Shown piece after piece: positions 45,176-55,242 of a stretch of DNA of 64,000 nucleotides (position 1 is the stretch's first letter; each line of letters opens with the position of its first letter). Where the stretch lies: the NCBI GenBank assembly GCA_934130355.1, contig CAKOXV010000002.1, positions 4,204 to 68,203 of the forward strand, in the 5' to 3' direction. This DNA is from an uncultured Clostridia bacterium (lineage in GTDB: Bacteria > Bacillota > Clostridia > TANB77 > CAG-508). A model generated the notes under the pieces. It worked only from the letters and a program-made list of their open reading frames with translations. It was not told the origin of the DNA and did no database searches. Position numbers and translations under genes: made by a program.

Positions 45176-46228
45176 ATGGAAGAAAATTTAGAAAAAAGAA
45201 AAGCACTAGAAGTGGCAATGAGCCAAATAGAAAAACAATTTGGAAAAGGATCTGTAATGAAATTAGGAGAATTTAAAGCAATGGAGGTTGAAGCAATACC
45301 TACAGGAGCATTAAGCTTAGATATAGCATTAGGAATAGGTGGAGTACCTAGAGGAAGAATTATTGAAGTATTTGGACCAGAATCTTCAGGAAAAACAACA
45401 TTAGCGCTACATGTAATAGCAGAAGCACAAAAACAAGGAGGAGAAGCAGCATTTATAGATGCAGAACATGCATTAGACCCTGTATATGCTAAAAAATTAG
45501 GTGTAGATATAGATAATTTAATAGTATCACAACCAGATACTGGTGAACAAGCATTAGAAATAACAGAATCACTAGTTAGAAGTGGTGCATTAGATGTTAT
45601 TGTTGTAGACTCTGTTGCAGCATTAGTACCAAAAGCTGAAATAGATGGAGATATGGGAGATTCTCATATGGGACTTCAAGCAAGATTAATGTCACAAGCA
45701 TTAAGAAAACTTGCAGGAGCAATTAATAAATCAAAAACAGTATTAATATTTATAAACCAATTAAGAGAAAAAATTGGAGTAATGTTTGGAAATCCTGAAA
45801 CAACAACAGGTGGTAGAGCATTAAAATTCTATGCATCTGTAAGAATGGATATAAGAAAAGTAGAAAACATTAAACAAGATGGTGTAGTAACAGGAAACAG
45901 AGTAAGAGTAAAGGTAATAAAAAATAAAGTTGCGCCACCATTCAGAGAGGCAGAATTTGATATATTATATGGACATGGAATATCTAAAGAAGGAAATATA
46001 TTCGATATGGCTGTAAACTTAGATATTGTTGAAAAGAGTGGTTCATGGTTTAGCTATAATGGAGAAAGAATAGGACAAGGAAGAGAAAATGCTAAGAGAT
46101 ATTTAGTTGAACGCCCAGAATTACTTCAAGAAGTAGAGAAAAAAGTTAGAGATAATTTTGCTAAAGCTTTTGAACAAAGTCTAGGAGAAGAACTTCCAGA
46201 AGAAGATGATGAAGATATAGATGAATAA
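45176..46228 (+). CDS. recA: Recombinase RecA
   Basis: [33 protein letters not shown], and [25 protein letters not shown] 45176 follows AGGAGG. The track start 45110 would include the promoter and LexA box. Confidence 0.95.
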   Translation: MEENLEKRKALEVAMSQIEKQFGKGSVMKLGEFKAMEVEAIPTGALSLDIALGIGGVPRGRIIEVFGPESSGKTTLALHVIAEAQKQGGEAAFIDAEHALDPVYAKKLGVDIDNLIVSQPDTGEQALEITESLVRSGALDVIVVDSVAALVPKAEIDGDMGDSHMGLQARLMSQALRKLAGAINKSKTVLIFINQLREKIGVMFGNPETTTGGRALKFYASVRMDIRKVENIKQDGVVTGNRVRVKVIKNKVAPPFREAEFDILYGHGISKEGNIFDMAVNLDIVEKSGSWFSYNGERIGQGRENAKRYLVERPELLQEVEKKVRDNFAKAFEQSLGEELPEEDDEDIDE

Positions 46229-46239
46229 ATATTTTAAAA

Positions 46240-46272
46240 AGTGGTTCACTTCAAATGTGACCACTTTTTTTA
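46240..46272 (+). terminator. recA terminator AAAAAGTGGTTCAC-TTCAAA-TGTGACCACTTTTTTT
   Basis: Hairpin followed by a T-run. Confidence 0.8.
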
Positions 46273-46279
46273 TAATATT

Positions 46280-46634
46280 AAATAACTCATCTCAAATGGC
46301 TTGATATCACACCCTGGACTCATACATATATATTAAAAACATTTCAAATTTTGAACAAGCTAAACTTTCGTATAAAATCTAATAGTGCCAAAAGCGCCTC
46401 TTTCACTTAGTCCAAAAATTAATATATTACTATGGAATAAGGCAAAGACCCCCGACGAAGACCCCAGCTATGTTTTTGCCATGGAATAGTAATATATTAA
46501 TTTTTGACGTGAACATTCCTCTTTTGGCACTTTAAGATTTTCTATACTCAAGTTTAGATGCACAAAATTTTCCGTTATTTAATATATATGTATGAGTCTA
46601 GGGTGTGCTGTCAGGCCATTTGAGTTAAACTATT
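46280..46634. repeat. Nested-palindrome element, copy 4 (same orientation as copy 2), between recA and recJ
   Basis: Outer stem CTCAAATGGCTTGATATCACACCCTGGACTCA / TGAGTCTAGGGTGTGCTGTCAGGCCATTTGAG. The inner part is homologous to the other copies. Confidence 0.9.
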
Positions 46635-46678
46635 TTTACTAAAAAACTTGCTATTTTACATATATAATAGTAAAATAA

Positions 46679-48403
46679 ATGCAAGAATTAATATTAAAAA
46701 GGGGAGATTATGTAGTGACTAAAAAATGGCAAATATATCAAGTAGACACCGAGAAAATAGAAGAAATACACAAAAAATACAATATTAATAAATTATTGGC
46801 AACAATTTTAGTAAATAGAGGAATAATAGAAGAAAAGCAAATAGAAAAATTTCTTAAACCCAAAAGAAGTGATTTTTACGAACCATATAAAATGCCAGAC
46901 ATGAATATTGCAGTAGATAGAATAATAAAAGCAATAGAAAACAAAGAAAAGACGATAATATATGGAGATTATGATGTTGATGGAATAACAAGTGTAACGG
47001 TTTTAAAAAGCTTCTTAGAAGAAAGAGGATTAGTAGTAGCAGAATATATTCCAAATAGATTACAAGAAGGATATGGATTAAATAAAGCTGCTGTGGAAGA
47101 AATTGCAAAACAAGGTTATACATTAATGATAACAGTTGATTGTGGAATATCAGCAATAGAAGAAGTAAAATATGCAAATGAATTAGGGCTTGAAACAATA
47201 ATAACAGATCATCATGAACCAGGTGCTGAATTACCTAAGGCACTTGCAGTTGTTGATACAAAAAGAAAAGATAATGAATATCCATTTAGAAATTTAGCAG
47301 GTGTTGGAGTAGTCTTTAAATTAATTCAAGCAATTGGAATGAAATTAGGGCTAGATGAAAAAGAATATTTAAAATATTTAGATATTGTATGTATAGGAAC
47401 AATTTCAGACATAGTACCATTAGTAGATGAAAATAGAGTAATAGTAAAACTAGGATTAAAATTAGTAGAGCAAACAAGAAATTTGGGGCTAAAATCAATT
47501 TTACAAGCATCAGGATATAATAAGATTAACTCAAGTACAATATCTTTTGGAGTGGCACCTCGAATAAATGCTTCAGGAAGAATGGGACACCAAGAAGATG
47601 CATTACAATTATTTTTATCAAAAGAAAAAGATGAAGTTGATGAACTTACTCAAAAGTTGGAACAATATAATAAACTAAGACAAGAGACAGAAAAAAATAT
47701 ATATGCAGATGCAATAATGCAAATTGAAAGAGATGGTTTAACAAATAATAGTACAATAGTCGTAAAAGGAAAGAATTGGCATCATGGAGTAATAGGAATA
47801 GTGTCATCAAAAATCACAGAAATGTATTTTAAACCAAGCATATTATTATGCGAAGAAGATGGCTATGGCAAAGGTTCAGGAAGAAGTATACCTGGATTTG
47901 ATTTATATGAGGCTTTGACAGAATGTAATGATTGTATAGACAAATTTGGTGGACATTCAATGGCTGTAGGAATAAATGTTAAAAGTGATAAATTTGAGGA
48001 GTTTAAGCAAAAGCTAGAGCAAGTTGCAAAAGACAAGCATATAGAAGAAATAGTACCAATATTAAAAATAGATGCACAAATAAGTTTAGATGAAATAAAC
48101 AAAGAGATGGTTGATAGTTTAAATGAACTAGAACCTTATGGAGAAGAAAATAAAACTCCATTATTTGCATTTAAAAACTTAAGAATAGATTCTATTAGAG
48201 CACTTTCAGAAGGAAAACATCTTAAATTAACACTGAAAGATAGTAAAAATATTGTAAATGCAATAGGTTTTAATTTAGGCGAGCTTTCAAACGAATATAG
48301 AATTGGTGATAAAGTAGATGTTGTAGGTAATTTAGAAATCAATACATTTAATGGTGTTGATAATGTTCAAATAAATATCAAAGACATAATGAAATCACTA
48401 TAA
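46679..48403 (+). CDS. recJ: Single-stranded-DNA-specific exonuclease RecJ
   Basis: DHH motifs (IYGDYDVDGITS, TVDCGI, ITDHH) and DHHA1 (GGH..A.G). The start is uncertain: an in-frame GTG at 46715 has a better RBS (GGGGAG, 8 nt). Confidence 0.9.
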   Translation: MQELILKRGDYVVTKKWQIYQVDTEKIEEIHKKYNINKLLATILVNRGIIEEKQIEKFLKPKRSDFYEPYKMPDMNIAVDRIIKAIENKEKTIIYGDYDVDGITSVTVLKSFLEERGLVVAEYIPNRLQEGYGLNKAAVEEIAKQGYTLMITVDCGISAIEEVKYANELGLETIITDHHEPGAELPKALAVVDTKRKDNEYPFRNLAGVGVVFKLIQAIGMKLGLDEKEYLKYLDIVCIGTISDIVPLVDENRVIVKLGLKLVEQTRNLGLKSILQASGYNKINSSTISFGVAPRINASGRMGHQEDALQLFLSKEKDEVDELTQKLEQYNKLRQETEKNIYADAIMQIERDGLTNNSTIVVKGKNWHHGVIGIVSSKITEMYFKPSILLCEEDGYGKGSGRSIPGFDLYEALTECNDCIDKFGGHSMAVGINVKSDKFEEFKQKLEQVAKDKHIEEIVPILKIDAQISLDEINKEMVDSLNELEPYGEENKTPLFAFKNLRIDSIRALSEGKHLKLTLKDSKNIVNAIGFNLGELSNEYRIGDKVDVVGNLEINTFNGVDNVQINIKDIMKSL

Positions 48404-48415
48404 GGGGGAATGAGT

Positions 48416-50611
48416 ATGGCTAAAAATTATACAATAAAAGAAATAATAGACAGAGTTAAAAAAAATAAAAGATGGCCAGATATAAAATTAATACAAAAGG
48501 CTTATAATTATGCATTATTAAAACATGGAGATCAAAAAAGAAAATCAGGAGAACCATATATAATCCATCCTACAAATGTTGCTTACACAATAGCAGAACT
48601 TGGATTGGATGAGCAAACTATAAGTGCAGCACTATTGCATGATGTAGTTGAAGATACTGATGCAACTTATGAGGATATAGAAAAGGAATTTGGCTTAGAA
48701 ATTGCAGAAATGGTTGATGGGGTTACTAAATTAAAACAAATTCAACATGCAACAATAGAAGAGAATCAAGTGGAAAATTACAGAAAAATGTTTTTAGCAA
48801 TGGGAAAAGACATAAGAGTAATAATTATAAAATTAGCGGATAGATTACACAATATGAGAACATTAGAATTTCTAAGAAGAGAAAGACAAATAGCGATTGC
48901 ACAAGAAACTATGCAATTATATGCGCCACTTGCTAATCGACTTGGATTATATGCAATGAAATGGGAACTAGAAGACTTAAGTTTTCAATATTTATATCCA
49001 GAAGAATATACAGAATTAGTAAAAGGTATAGAGCAAAAAAGAGAAGAAAGATTAAAATTCATTGAAAAAATAATGAATGACATAAGAGTTCAATTGAAAA
49101 AGCAACACATAGAGGCAGAAGTAACAGGAAGAGCAAAGCATTTATATAGTATATATAGAAAAATGCAAAGAGATAATAAAACATTAGACCAAATATATGA
49201 TTTATTTGCTTTAAGAATAATTGTAAACTCTGTAAAAGACTGTTATGCAGCATTAGGTGTAGTACATGAGATGTATAGTCCAATGCCAGGAAGATTTAAA
49301 GATTATATAGCTGTTCCTAAAACAAACATGTATCAATCAATACACACAACATTACTTGGAGAGAAAGGTACGCCATTTGAAGTCCAAATACGTACGTGGG
49401 ATATGCATAGAATTGCAGAATACGGAATTGCTGCACACTGGGCATATAAAGAAGCTAATTATGGAAGTAAAAAAGGACAAAAAGTAGTAGAAGTGCAAGA
49501 AGATAAACTTGCATGGCTAAGAGAAACATTAGAGTGGCAACAAGAAATGCAAGATCCTCAACAATTTTTGGAAACTTTAAAAACAGAGTTGTTTGAAGAC
49601 GAAGTATATGTATTTACACCAAAAGGAGCTATAAAAGTTTTACCAAGAGGTGCAACACCAATAGATTTTGCATATAGTATTCATGCTGAAATTGGAAATA
49701 GAATGGTGGGAGCTAAAATTAACAGTAAAATGGTTCCAATAATAACACCAATAAAAAATGGAGACATTATAGAAATAATAACATCAGATAATTCAAAAGG
49801 CCCAAGCATGGATTGGTTAAAGTTTGTAAAGAGTTCACAAGCAAAGAACAGAATTCAACAATGGTTTAAAAAAGAAAAGAAAGCAGAAAATATTGAAAAG
49901 GGAAAAGGAGCAATTGAAAAAGAGCTAAAAAGAATAGGAATTCCTTATGTAGAACTATTTAAAACAGAATATATTAATCCAATGTTAGAAAGATATAAAT
50001 ATAAAAATCTAGAAGAAATGTATGCGGCAGTCGGATTTGGAGCTATTACAGCAACAAAGATTATTGCAAGGATGCTCATAGAATACAGAAAAGAACATAA
50101 AGAAGAAATAACTGAAGAAAAGCTAGAAGAATTATCTGAACAAAAAAGAGATAGAATTAAGCCATCAAATTCAGGAATTATTGTAAAAGGAATAGATAAT
50201 TGTTTGGTAAAATTATCAAAATGTTGTAATCCACTTCCAGGTGATGAAATTATAGGATATATAACTAAAGGAAGAGGAGTTTCAGTACACAGAAAAGATT
50301 GTATAAATATAAATGAATTATTAAAAGAAGAAAATCGAATAATTGAAGTTGAATGGTATAACCAAGAAAAAGTAACATATACAGTAGATATAGAAGTATA
50401 TGCTAATGATAGAAATGGTTTACTAGCAGATATTATTCAAAAAATAAATGATTCAAGAGCAAAACTTTTGGGTATTAATGCAAGAGCAACAAAAGAAAGA
50501 ATTGCAATAACAGATATTACTCTTGAAGTTGACAGTTTAGAGGGATTAAACAAAATCATAAGAGAACTTCGTAAAGTTGACAGTGTATATGAAGTTAATA
50601 GAAAGAAATAG
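48416..50611 (+). CDS. relA: Bifunctional (p)ppGpp synthetase/hydrolase, RelA/SpoT family
   Basis: HD domain (HGDQKRKSGEPYI.HP...LHDVVEDT), synthetase domain (RAKHLYSIYRKM, DLFALRIIV), and TGS and ACT domains. ATG 48416 (7 nt after AGGGGG) is preferred over 48410. Confidence 0.9.
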   Translation: MAKNYTIKEIIDRVKKNKRWPDIKLIQKAYNYALLKHGDQKRKSGEPYIIHPTNVAYTIAELGLDEQTISAALLHDVVEDTDATYEDIEKEFGLEIAEMVDGVTKLKQIQHATIEENQVENYRKMFLAMGKDIRVIIIKLADRLHNMRTLEFLRRERQIAIAQETMQLYAPLANRLGLYAMKWELEDLSFQYLYPEEYTELVKGIEQKREERLKFIEKIMNDIRVQLKKQHIEAEVTGRAKHLYSIYRKMQRDNKTLDQIYDLFALRIIVNSVKDCYAALGVVHEMYSPMPGRFKDYIAVPKTNMYQSIHTTLLGEKGTPFEVQIRTWDMHRIAEYGIAAHWAYKEANYGSKKGQKVVEVQEDKLAWLRETLEWQQEMQDPQQFLETLKTELFEDEVYVFTPKGAIKVLPRGATPIDFAYSIHAEIGNRMVGAKINSKMVPIITPIKNGDIIEIITSDNSKGPSMDWLKFVKSSQAKNRIQQWFKKEKKAENIEKGKGAIEKELKRIGIPYVELFKTEYINPMLERYKYKNLEEMYAAVGFGAITATKIIARMLIEYRKEHKEEITEEKLEELSEQKRDRIKPSNSGIIVKGIDNCLVKLSKCCNPLPGDEIIGYITKGRGVSVHRKDCININELLKEENRIIEVEWYNQEKVTYTVDIEVYANDRNGLLADIIQKINDSRAKLLGINARATKERIAITDITLEVDSLEGLNKIIRELRKVDSVYEVNRKK

Positions 50612-50638
50612 CTAATTTAGGTACGTACCCAAATTAGC
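50611..50638. repeat. 28-bp palindrome GCTAATTTAGGTAC/GTACCCAAATTAGC. Its right arm matches the CCCAAATTAGC motif upstream of addA.
   Basis: One mismatch between the arms. GTACCCAAATTAGCGAGAGGG here compared with GTCCCCAAATTAGCAGGAGG at 18331-18350. Confidence 0.7.
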
Positions 50639-50665
50639 GAGAGGGAAAGAGAGGAAAAATTAAAA

Positions 50666-51313
50666 ATGATTTTAAAAGAACTAAAGATTAAAACATGGAT
50701 TGGAGATGCCACAAATTGCTATATTGTTCAAGACGAAAAAACAAAAGAAACAATGGTAATTGACCCTGCTGGAGAAGTGGACAAAATAGTTGAATTACTA
50801 GACATACTTCAAGCAAATCTTAAATATATATATTTAACACATTGCCATGGAGACCACATTGGAGGAGTAAAAGAATTAAAACAAAGATATGGTGGAAAAA
50901 TTATAATAGAAAGAAAAGATGCTGAAAACTTATTAGATGTTAATACAAATCTTTCATATTATATAAATTCACAAGAAACAGTAATTGAAGCAGATGCAAG
51001 AGTAGATGATAATGATTTATTACATTTAGGAGAGTTGGAATTTAAAGTATTACATACACCAGGACATACATCAGGAAGTTCTTGTTTATATTGTGAGCAG
51101 GAAAAGTTATTATTTTCGGGAGATACACTATTTAGAGGAACATGGGGAAGAACTGATGTACCAACAGGTGACTTCAGTGATGTAATTAATTCTATAACTC
51201 AAAAACTTATGACTTTACCAGAAGAAACAATTGTGTATACAGGACACGGAAAAAGCACTATGATAAAAGAAGAAAAGCCAATTTATTTGGAATTAAAACC
51301 ACGTTTATTATAA
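50666..51313 (+). CDS. MBL-fold metallo-hydrolase (glyoxalase II-like)
   Basis: LTHCHGDHIGG motif, HTPGHT, and C-terminal GH. Confidence 0.8.
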   Translation: MILKELKIKTWIGDATNCYIVQDEKTKETMVIDPAGEVDKIVELLDILQANLKYIYLTHCHGDHIGGVKELKQRYGGKIIIERKDAENLLDVNTNLSYYINSQETVIEADARVDDNDLLHLGELEFKVLHTPGHTSGSSCLYCEQEKLLFSGDTLFRGTWGRTDVPTGDFSDVINSITQKLMTLPEETIVYTGHGKSTMIKEEKPIYLELKPRLL

Positions 51314-51383
51314 TATTTTTAGTTCTAAACAAGTTTGATTAAACATATAATAATTATAGGAACATTAGGACAAGGAGAAATGT

Positions 51384-52529
51384 ATGTTTAATGTTACAGT
51401 AATAAACGTAAAAAAATCTTTGACTCGAATACTAATACTTATAATTACAATAATAACTGTAGTTGGAATGACAAAATTGATTGCAAAATTAAAAACAAAT
51501 GAGATTTTACAAATTAATATATCGGAACAACTTATAAAATGCTTAAACAGTGAGATACCTGCAATGGAATCTACATATTATCAAGCAAATAATACAATAA
51601 TAGAAGATGGAGAAGAAGAAAAAGAAACATTTGTGGGAAAAATACTAAAAATAGAATTGTCACAACTACAGGAAAAGAAACAATATGAAATTAGTAAAAC
51701 CCCAGAAGAGGTGCCTAATACAGATGAAAAAGAAGAACCAAAGCCTGATACTTCATCAACAGAAGTTTCAACAAATGCTCAAACTGAAATAGTAACTCAA
51801 CAGCCAATAACTGAAAGTTATAACATAGATATTGGTGGAGTAAAAATAAAAAATGAAACATCTTATGAAATAAATGAATCTATATTAGAAAATTCTGTAA
51901 ATATAAATAAAGAAAATGTTTTGATTTTTCACACACATACTTGTGAAAGTTATACTCCAACAGAACAATATCAATATGAACAAACAGGAAATTTTAGAAC
52001 TACAGATTTGAATTATTCGGTTTCAAGAGTAGGAGATGAGCTTACTGACTATTTGAATAAATATGGATTTAATGTAATACATGATAAAACATATCACGAT
52101 TATCCTGCATATTCTGGCTCATATAATAGGTCAAAAACAACTGTTGAAAATATCTTAAAAAGCAATAATAGTGACATAATAATAGATTTACATAGAGATG
52201 CAATAGGAAGCAAAAGCAATTATGATCCAAGTGTAAAAATAGGAGATGATGTGGCTGCTCAGCTTATGTTTGTTATGGGAACAAATGGAGGTGGGCTATA
52301 TCATCCTAATTGGCAGTCAAATTTAAGTTTTGCAATAGAAGTTCAAAAAAAGGCAAATGAATTATACCCAGGATTATTTAAGCCAATTATTGTTAGAAAT
52401 TCAAGATATAATCAGCATCTTGGAAGTGCTGCATGTATTATTGAAGTTGGAGCTACTGGAAATACACTTGAACAGTGCTTAACTAGTATGAAATATTTAG
52501 CTAAAGTTCTAGATGAGTTTAAAAAATAG
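51384..52529 (+). CDS. spoIIP: Stage II sporulation protein P
   Basis: N-terminal TM helix, and IFHTHTCESY...DLHRD...amidase-like SpoIIP motifs. Confidence 0.85.
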   Translation: MFNVTVINVKKSLTRILILIITIITVVGMTKLIAKLKTNEILQINISEQLIKCLNSEIPAMESTYYQANNTIIEDGEEEKETFVGKILKIELSQLQEKKQYEISKTPEEVPNTDEKEEPKPDTSSTEVSTNAQTEIVTQQPITESYNIDIGGVKIKNETSYEINESILENSVNINKENVLIFHTHTCESYTPTEQYQYEQTGNFRTTDLNYSVSRVGDELTDYLNKYGFNVIHDKTYHDYPAYSGSYNRSKTTVENILKSNNSDIIIDLHRDAIGSKSNYDPSVKIGDDVAAQLMFVMGTNGGGLYHPNWQSNLSFAIEVQKKANELYPGLFKPIIVRNSRYNQHLGSAACIIEVGATGNTLEQCLTSMKYLAKVLDEFKK

Positions 52530-52542
52530 AAGCCAGTCCAAA

Positions 52543-52674
52543 TTATTTTTGAACTGGCTTACAAAAATATGCACATTCGGAATTGGTGCATAAATTAGAA
52601 TTAGAAATAATATTGTAAGAGCACTTTCCATCAATTTGATAAATACAATTTAAAGTACAATTGATATTTGTCAA
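52543..52674 (-). CDS. Candidate 43-aa cysteine-rich peptide (6 Cys), unannotated in the track
   Basis: Own translation from TTG: (M)TNINCTLNCIYQIDGKCSYNIISNSNLCTNSECAYFCKPVQK. RBS GAGGTG 6 nt upstream. Convergent with spoIIP. Confidence 0.25.
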   Translation of the reverse strand: MTNINCTLNCIYQIDGKCSYNIISNSNLCTNSECAYFCKPVQK

Positions 52675-52774
52675 TGATATCACCTCTTACTAGAATAGTA
52701 TTGTCAAAATCACAGTAAATATACAGAAAAATAAGATATATAACTAGTTATATATCTTATTTTTTATATACATT

Positions 52775-52813
52775 GGGCAAGAACAAATGGTGACTACGTC
52801 ACTTTGTTCTTGC
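52775..52813. repeat. Second copy of the GGGCAAGAACAAA.GG.GAC-TAC-GTC.CTTTGTTCTT hairpin. It overlaps the nth stop codon and acts as its likely terminator.
   Basis: GGGCAAGAACAAATGGTGACTACGTCACTTTGTTCTTGC compared with 11749-11785. C->T on the left arm is paired with G->A on the right arm. Confidence 0.8.
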
Positions 52814-53449
52814 TCTATAATATTTGCAATAATCTTTAACAGTGCAGTTGGCACAACGAGGTTTTCGTGAATCACAAGTTTTTCGACCATGCCAAACGAA
52901 AAGATGATTAATATCTTTTAAATATTCTTTAGAAAATATTTTTAATAAATCTTGCTCAATTTTTTCAGGGTCTGAGTTGTTAGAAAAACCAATTCTATTT
53001 GAGACTCTTTTTGCATGAGTATCAACTGCAATACCATTTGCAATTCCGAAAGCTTCAAGCAAAATGACATTTGCACTTTTACGTCCAACTCCAGCTAAAG
53101 ATAAAAGTTCATCCATTGTTTTGGGAACTTGTCCATTAAATTTTTCTAAAATTTGTTTTGCACATAATTTTATATTTTTTGCTTTATTTTTATAAAATCC
53201 ACAAGGATGGATAATTTGTTCTAATTCGTTTAAATCAATGTCTACAAAATCTTGAATAGTCTTGCATCTTTCAAACAAAAATGGAGTTGTTTTATTTACA
53301 CGCTCATCTGTACATTGAGCAGAAAGCATTACAGCAACTACCAATTGAAATGGTGTTCCAAAATCTAAGCTACAAGTTGCATCAGGATATGTATTTTTTA
53401 AAATTTGTACAAAGTTTTTAACATCAGTTTTTTTCAATTTTATCTCCAT
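52799..53449 (-). CDS. nth: Endonuclease III
   Basis: HhH-GPD (LL.L.GVGRK.ANV) and a C-terminal 4Fe-4S cluster C.....C..C.....C. Confidence 0.9.
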   Translation of the reverse strand: MEIKLKKTDVKNFVQILKNTYPDATCSLDFGTPFQLVVAVMLSAQCTDERVNKTTPFLFERCKTIQDFVDIDLNELEQIIHPCGFYKNKAKNIKLCAKQILEKFNGQVPKTMDELLSLAGVGRKSANVILLEAFGIANGIAVDTHAKRVSNRIGFSNNSDPEKIEQDLLKIFSKEYLKDINHLFVWHGRKTCDSRKPRCANCTVKDYCKYYRARTK

Positions 53450-53960
53450 TTAAAAGCAAATCCATTATCTGAGGATAAATGTTATTTGCATTGTTTTTCC
53501 AATTATCAGAAATTTGTTTAGCTCTTTCTCTTGAACCGGCAAAAGTAGAAACTTCAAAAATTGTTTCATTTTTTTCTACTATTTTACATTTCACAGTATA
53601 ATTTTTTTCATCTTTTGGGACGTATTCAGTGATTATAGAAGACTCTTCTGCAATATTAGAAAGTTCTTCTTTAAAAACATTATCTGCTTTTAATTTTAAA
53701 ATACCTGGTAAAAGTGATTTTGTAAGAGTTAATGCATTCTGACCATCAGAAGTAATTTTTATAATTGTATCTTCATCATTTGTAAAGGAACCAACGAAAT
53801 TAGATTCTATCAAATCTGTTAATAATTCTTGAAAATAAAAGTAATTTATATTATTAGCAGATGAAATAATTTTGTACAAGTTGTCACTTTTTATGCCATT
53901 TGGTAATTTATTTAATAAGTATAATATTAATACTTTGTTTTCTGCCAAATCTTTTTTCAT
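53424..53960 (-). CDS. DUF4364 family protein (PadR-like N-terminal winged helix)
   Basis: NKVLILYLLNKLPNGI... is the family pattern, and the gene is often adjacent to nth. Overlaps nth by 26 nt. Confidence 0.55.
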   Translation of the reverse strand: MKKDLAENKVLILYLLNKLPNGIKSDNLYKIISSANNINYFYFQELLTDLIESNFVGSFTNDEDTIIKITSDGQNALTLTKSLLPGILKLKADNVFKEELSNIAEESSIITEYVPKDEKNYTVKCKIVEKNETIFEVSTFAGSRERAKQISDNWKNNANNIYPQIMDLLLNGDKIEKN

Positions 53961-54035
53961 AGTGCGCCTCCTTTTTCAAATTTCTGTAAAAATTATAACA
54001 TGAAAAAAGCCATAAGTAAATATTTTGTGTTAAAA

Positions 54036-54055
54036 AAGTTGCAAACTTGCAACTT
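54036..54055. promoter_or_regulatory. 20-bp near-perfect palindrome AAGTTGCAAA/CTTGCAACTT in the divergent intergenic region (candidate operator)
   Basis: 9 of 10 positions are symmetric. Located between the DUF4364 gene and the phosphoesterase gene. Confidence 0.3.
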
Positions 54056-54166
54056 TAAACTTAAAAAGAGTAGTAAATAATAAAATTTAAATTTACATTG
54101 TTCGAAAAAAATATTTATGATATACTAAGAAAAATATTACAAAATAAAAATAGGAGATAAAATACA

Positions 54167-55159
54167 ATGGAAAACGAAAGAAATAATAAAGGAAAAAATT
54201 ATGCTGTTGCAGATATACATGGAATGTATGGAAGTTATGATGAAATTATGAGAAAATTAAGCCCAAGAGATCACTTATATATTATTGGTGATGTTATTGA
54301 CAGAGGACAATACGGAATTAGAATTTTGCAAGACATAATGAGAAGACAAGCAGACCCACAAAACAATCCTGATATTACTTTTTTTGTTGGAAATCACGAG
54401 ATTCAATTTTTAAATTCAGTAGTATTAATGTTAAACAATAAAATAAAAGGAAGTAGCTTGGAAAATCTTAGTATTCTTAGAAAACTAGAAAGAAGTAGGA
54501 AAACAAAAGAAAGACTTGGAGAAAAAGTTGATGATGAGTTATTGGAAAGCATTCAAAAATATAGCGAATTGTGTGAAGAGGCTGGGATAACTGGACAAAT
54601 AAAAGACTATTTGGAAACGTGGTTATATTTAAACCATGGAGAAAAGACAATGCAAGATTTTTTAAAATTGACTAATGAACAAAAAAGAGATATTTATAAT
54701 TTTTTAGTTAATTCATATGTTATGATGCCTCAAGAAATTAATGGAAAAGACTATTTATTTGTACATTCGGTGCCATCAAGAAATATAGATGTAATAAGAA
54801 AAATGAAAGAAGAAAGAAAAGGTTATAAGCTTTATGAGGTTAAACCAGAAGAATATTGTTTTGTATTACAAGCTAGAGATGAGAGAACAAGTTTGAAAAA
54901 TGAAACAGAAGCGATAGAAGCATATAAGCAGTGTAAAAGGCAAGGTTTTACAACAATATGTGGACATACATATAATGAAAATGGAAAAATTGTAAGAAAT
55001 GAAGACAGAGGATATATAAGAATTGACGCTGGATGTGGACAAAATATTAAACTAGTACTTTACTGTATTGATGATGATAGAGAAGAATACTTTGAGCCTA
55101 GAGAAGATATTGGATTTGGAGTAGGGTTTAATAACAGTGATAGTGATGAGGCAAGATAA
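54167..55159 (+). CDS. Metallophosphoesterase (Ser/Thr phosphatase / ApaH-like)
   Basis: ADIHG...GD.IDRG...GNHE motifs. Confidence 0.75.
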   Translation: MENERNNKGKNYAVADIHGMYGSYDEIMRKLSPRDHLYIIGDVIDRGQYGIRILQDIMRRQADPQNNPDITFFVGNHEIQFLNSVVLMLNNKIKGSSLENLSILRKLERSRKTKERLGEKVDDELLESIQKYSELCEEAGITGQIKDYLETWLYLNHGEKTMQDFLKLTNEQKRDIYNFLVNSYVMMPQEINGKDYLFVHSVPSRNIDVIRKMKEERKGYKLYEVKPEEYCFVLQARDERTSLKNETEAIEAYKQCKRQGFTTICGHTYNENGKIVRNEDRGYIRIDAGCGQNIKLVLYCIDDDREEYFEPREDIGFGVGFNNSDSDEAR

Positions 55160-55242
55160 TATTAATAAAAATTAGTGATATCGTGCCAAAAAAACTCGAA
55201 AAAACATATATTATAGTAGCCTGAAAAAAGAGGTGATATAAT

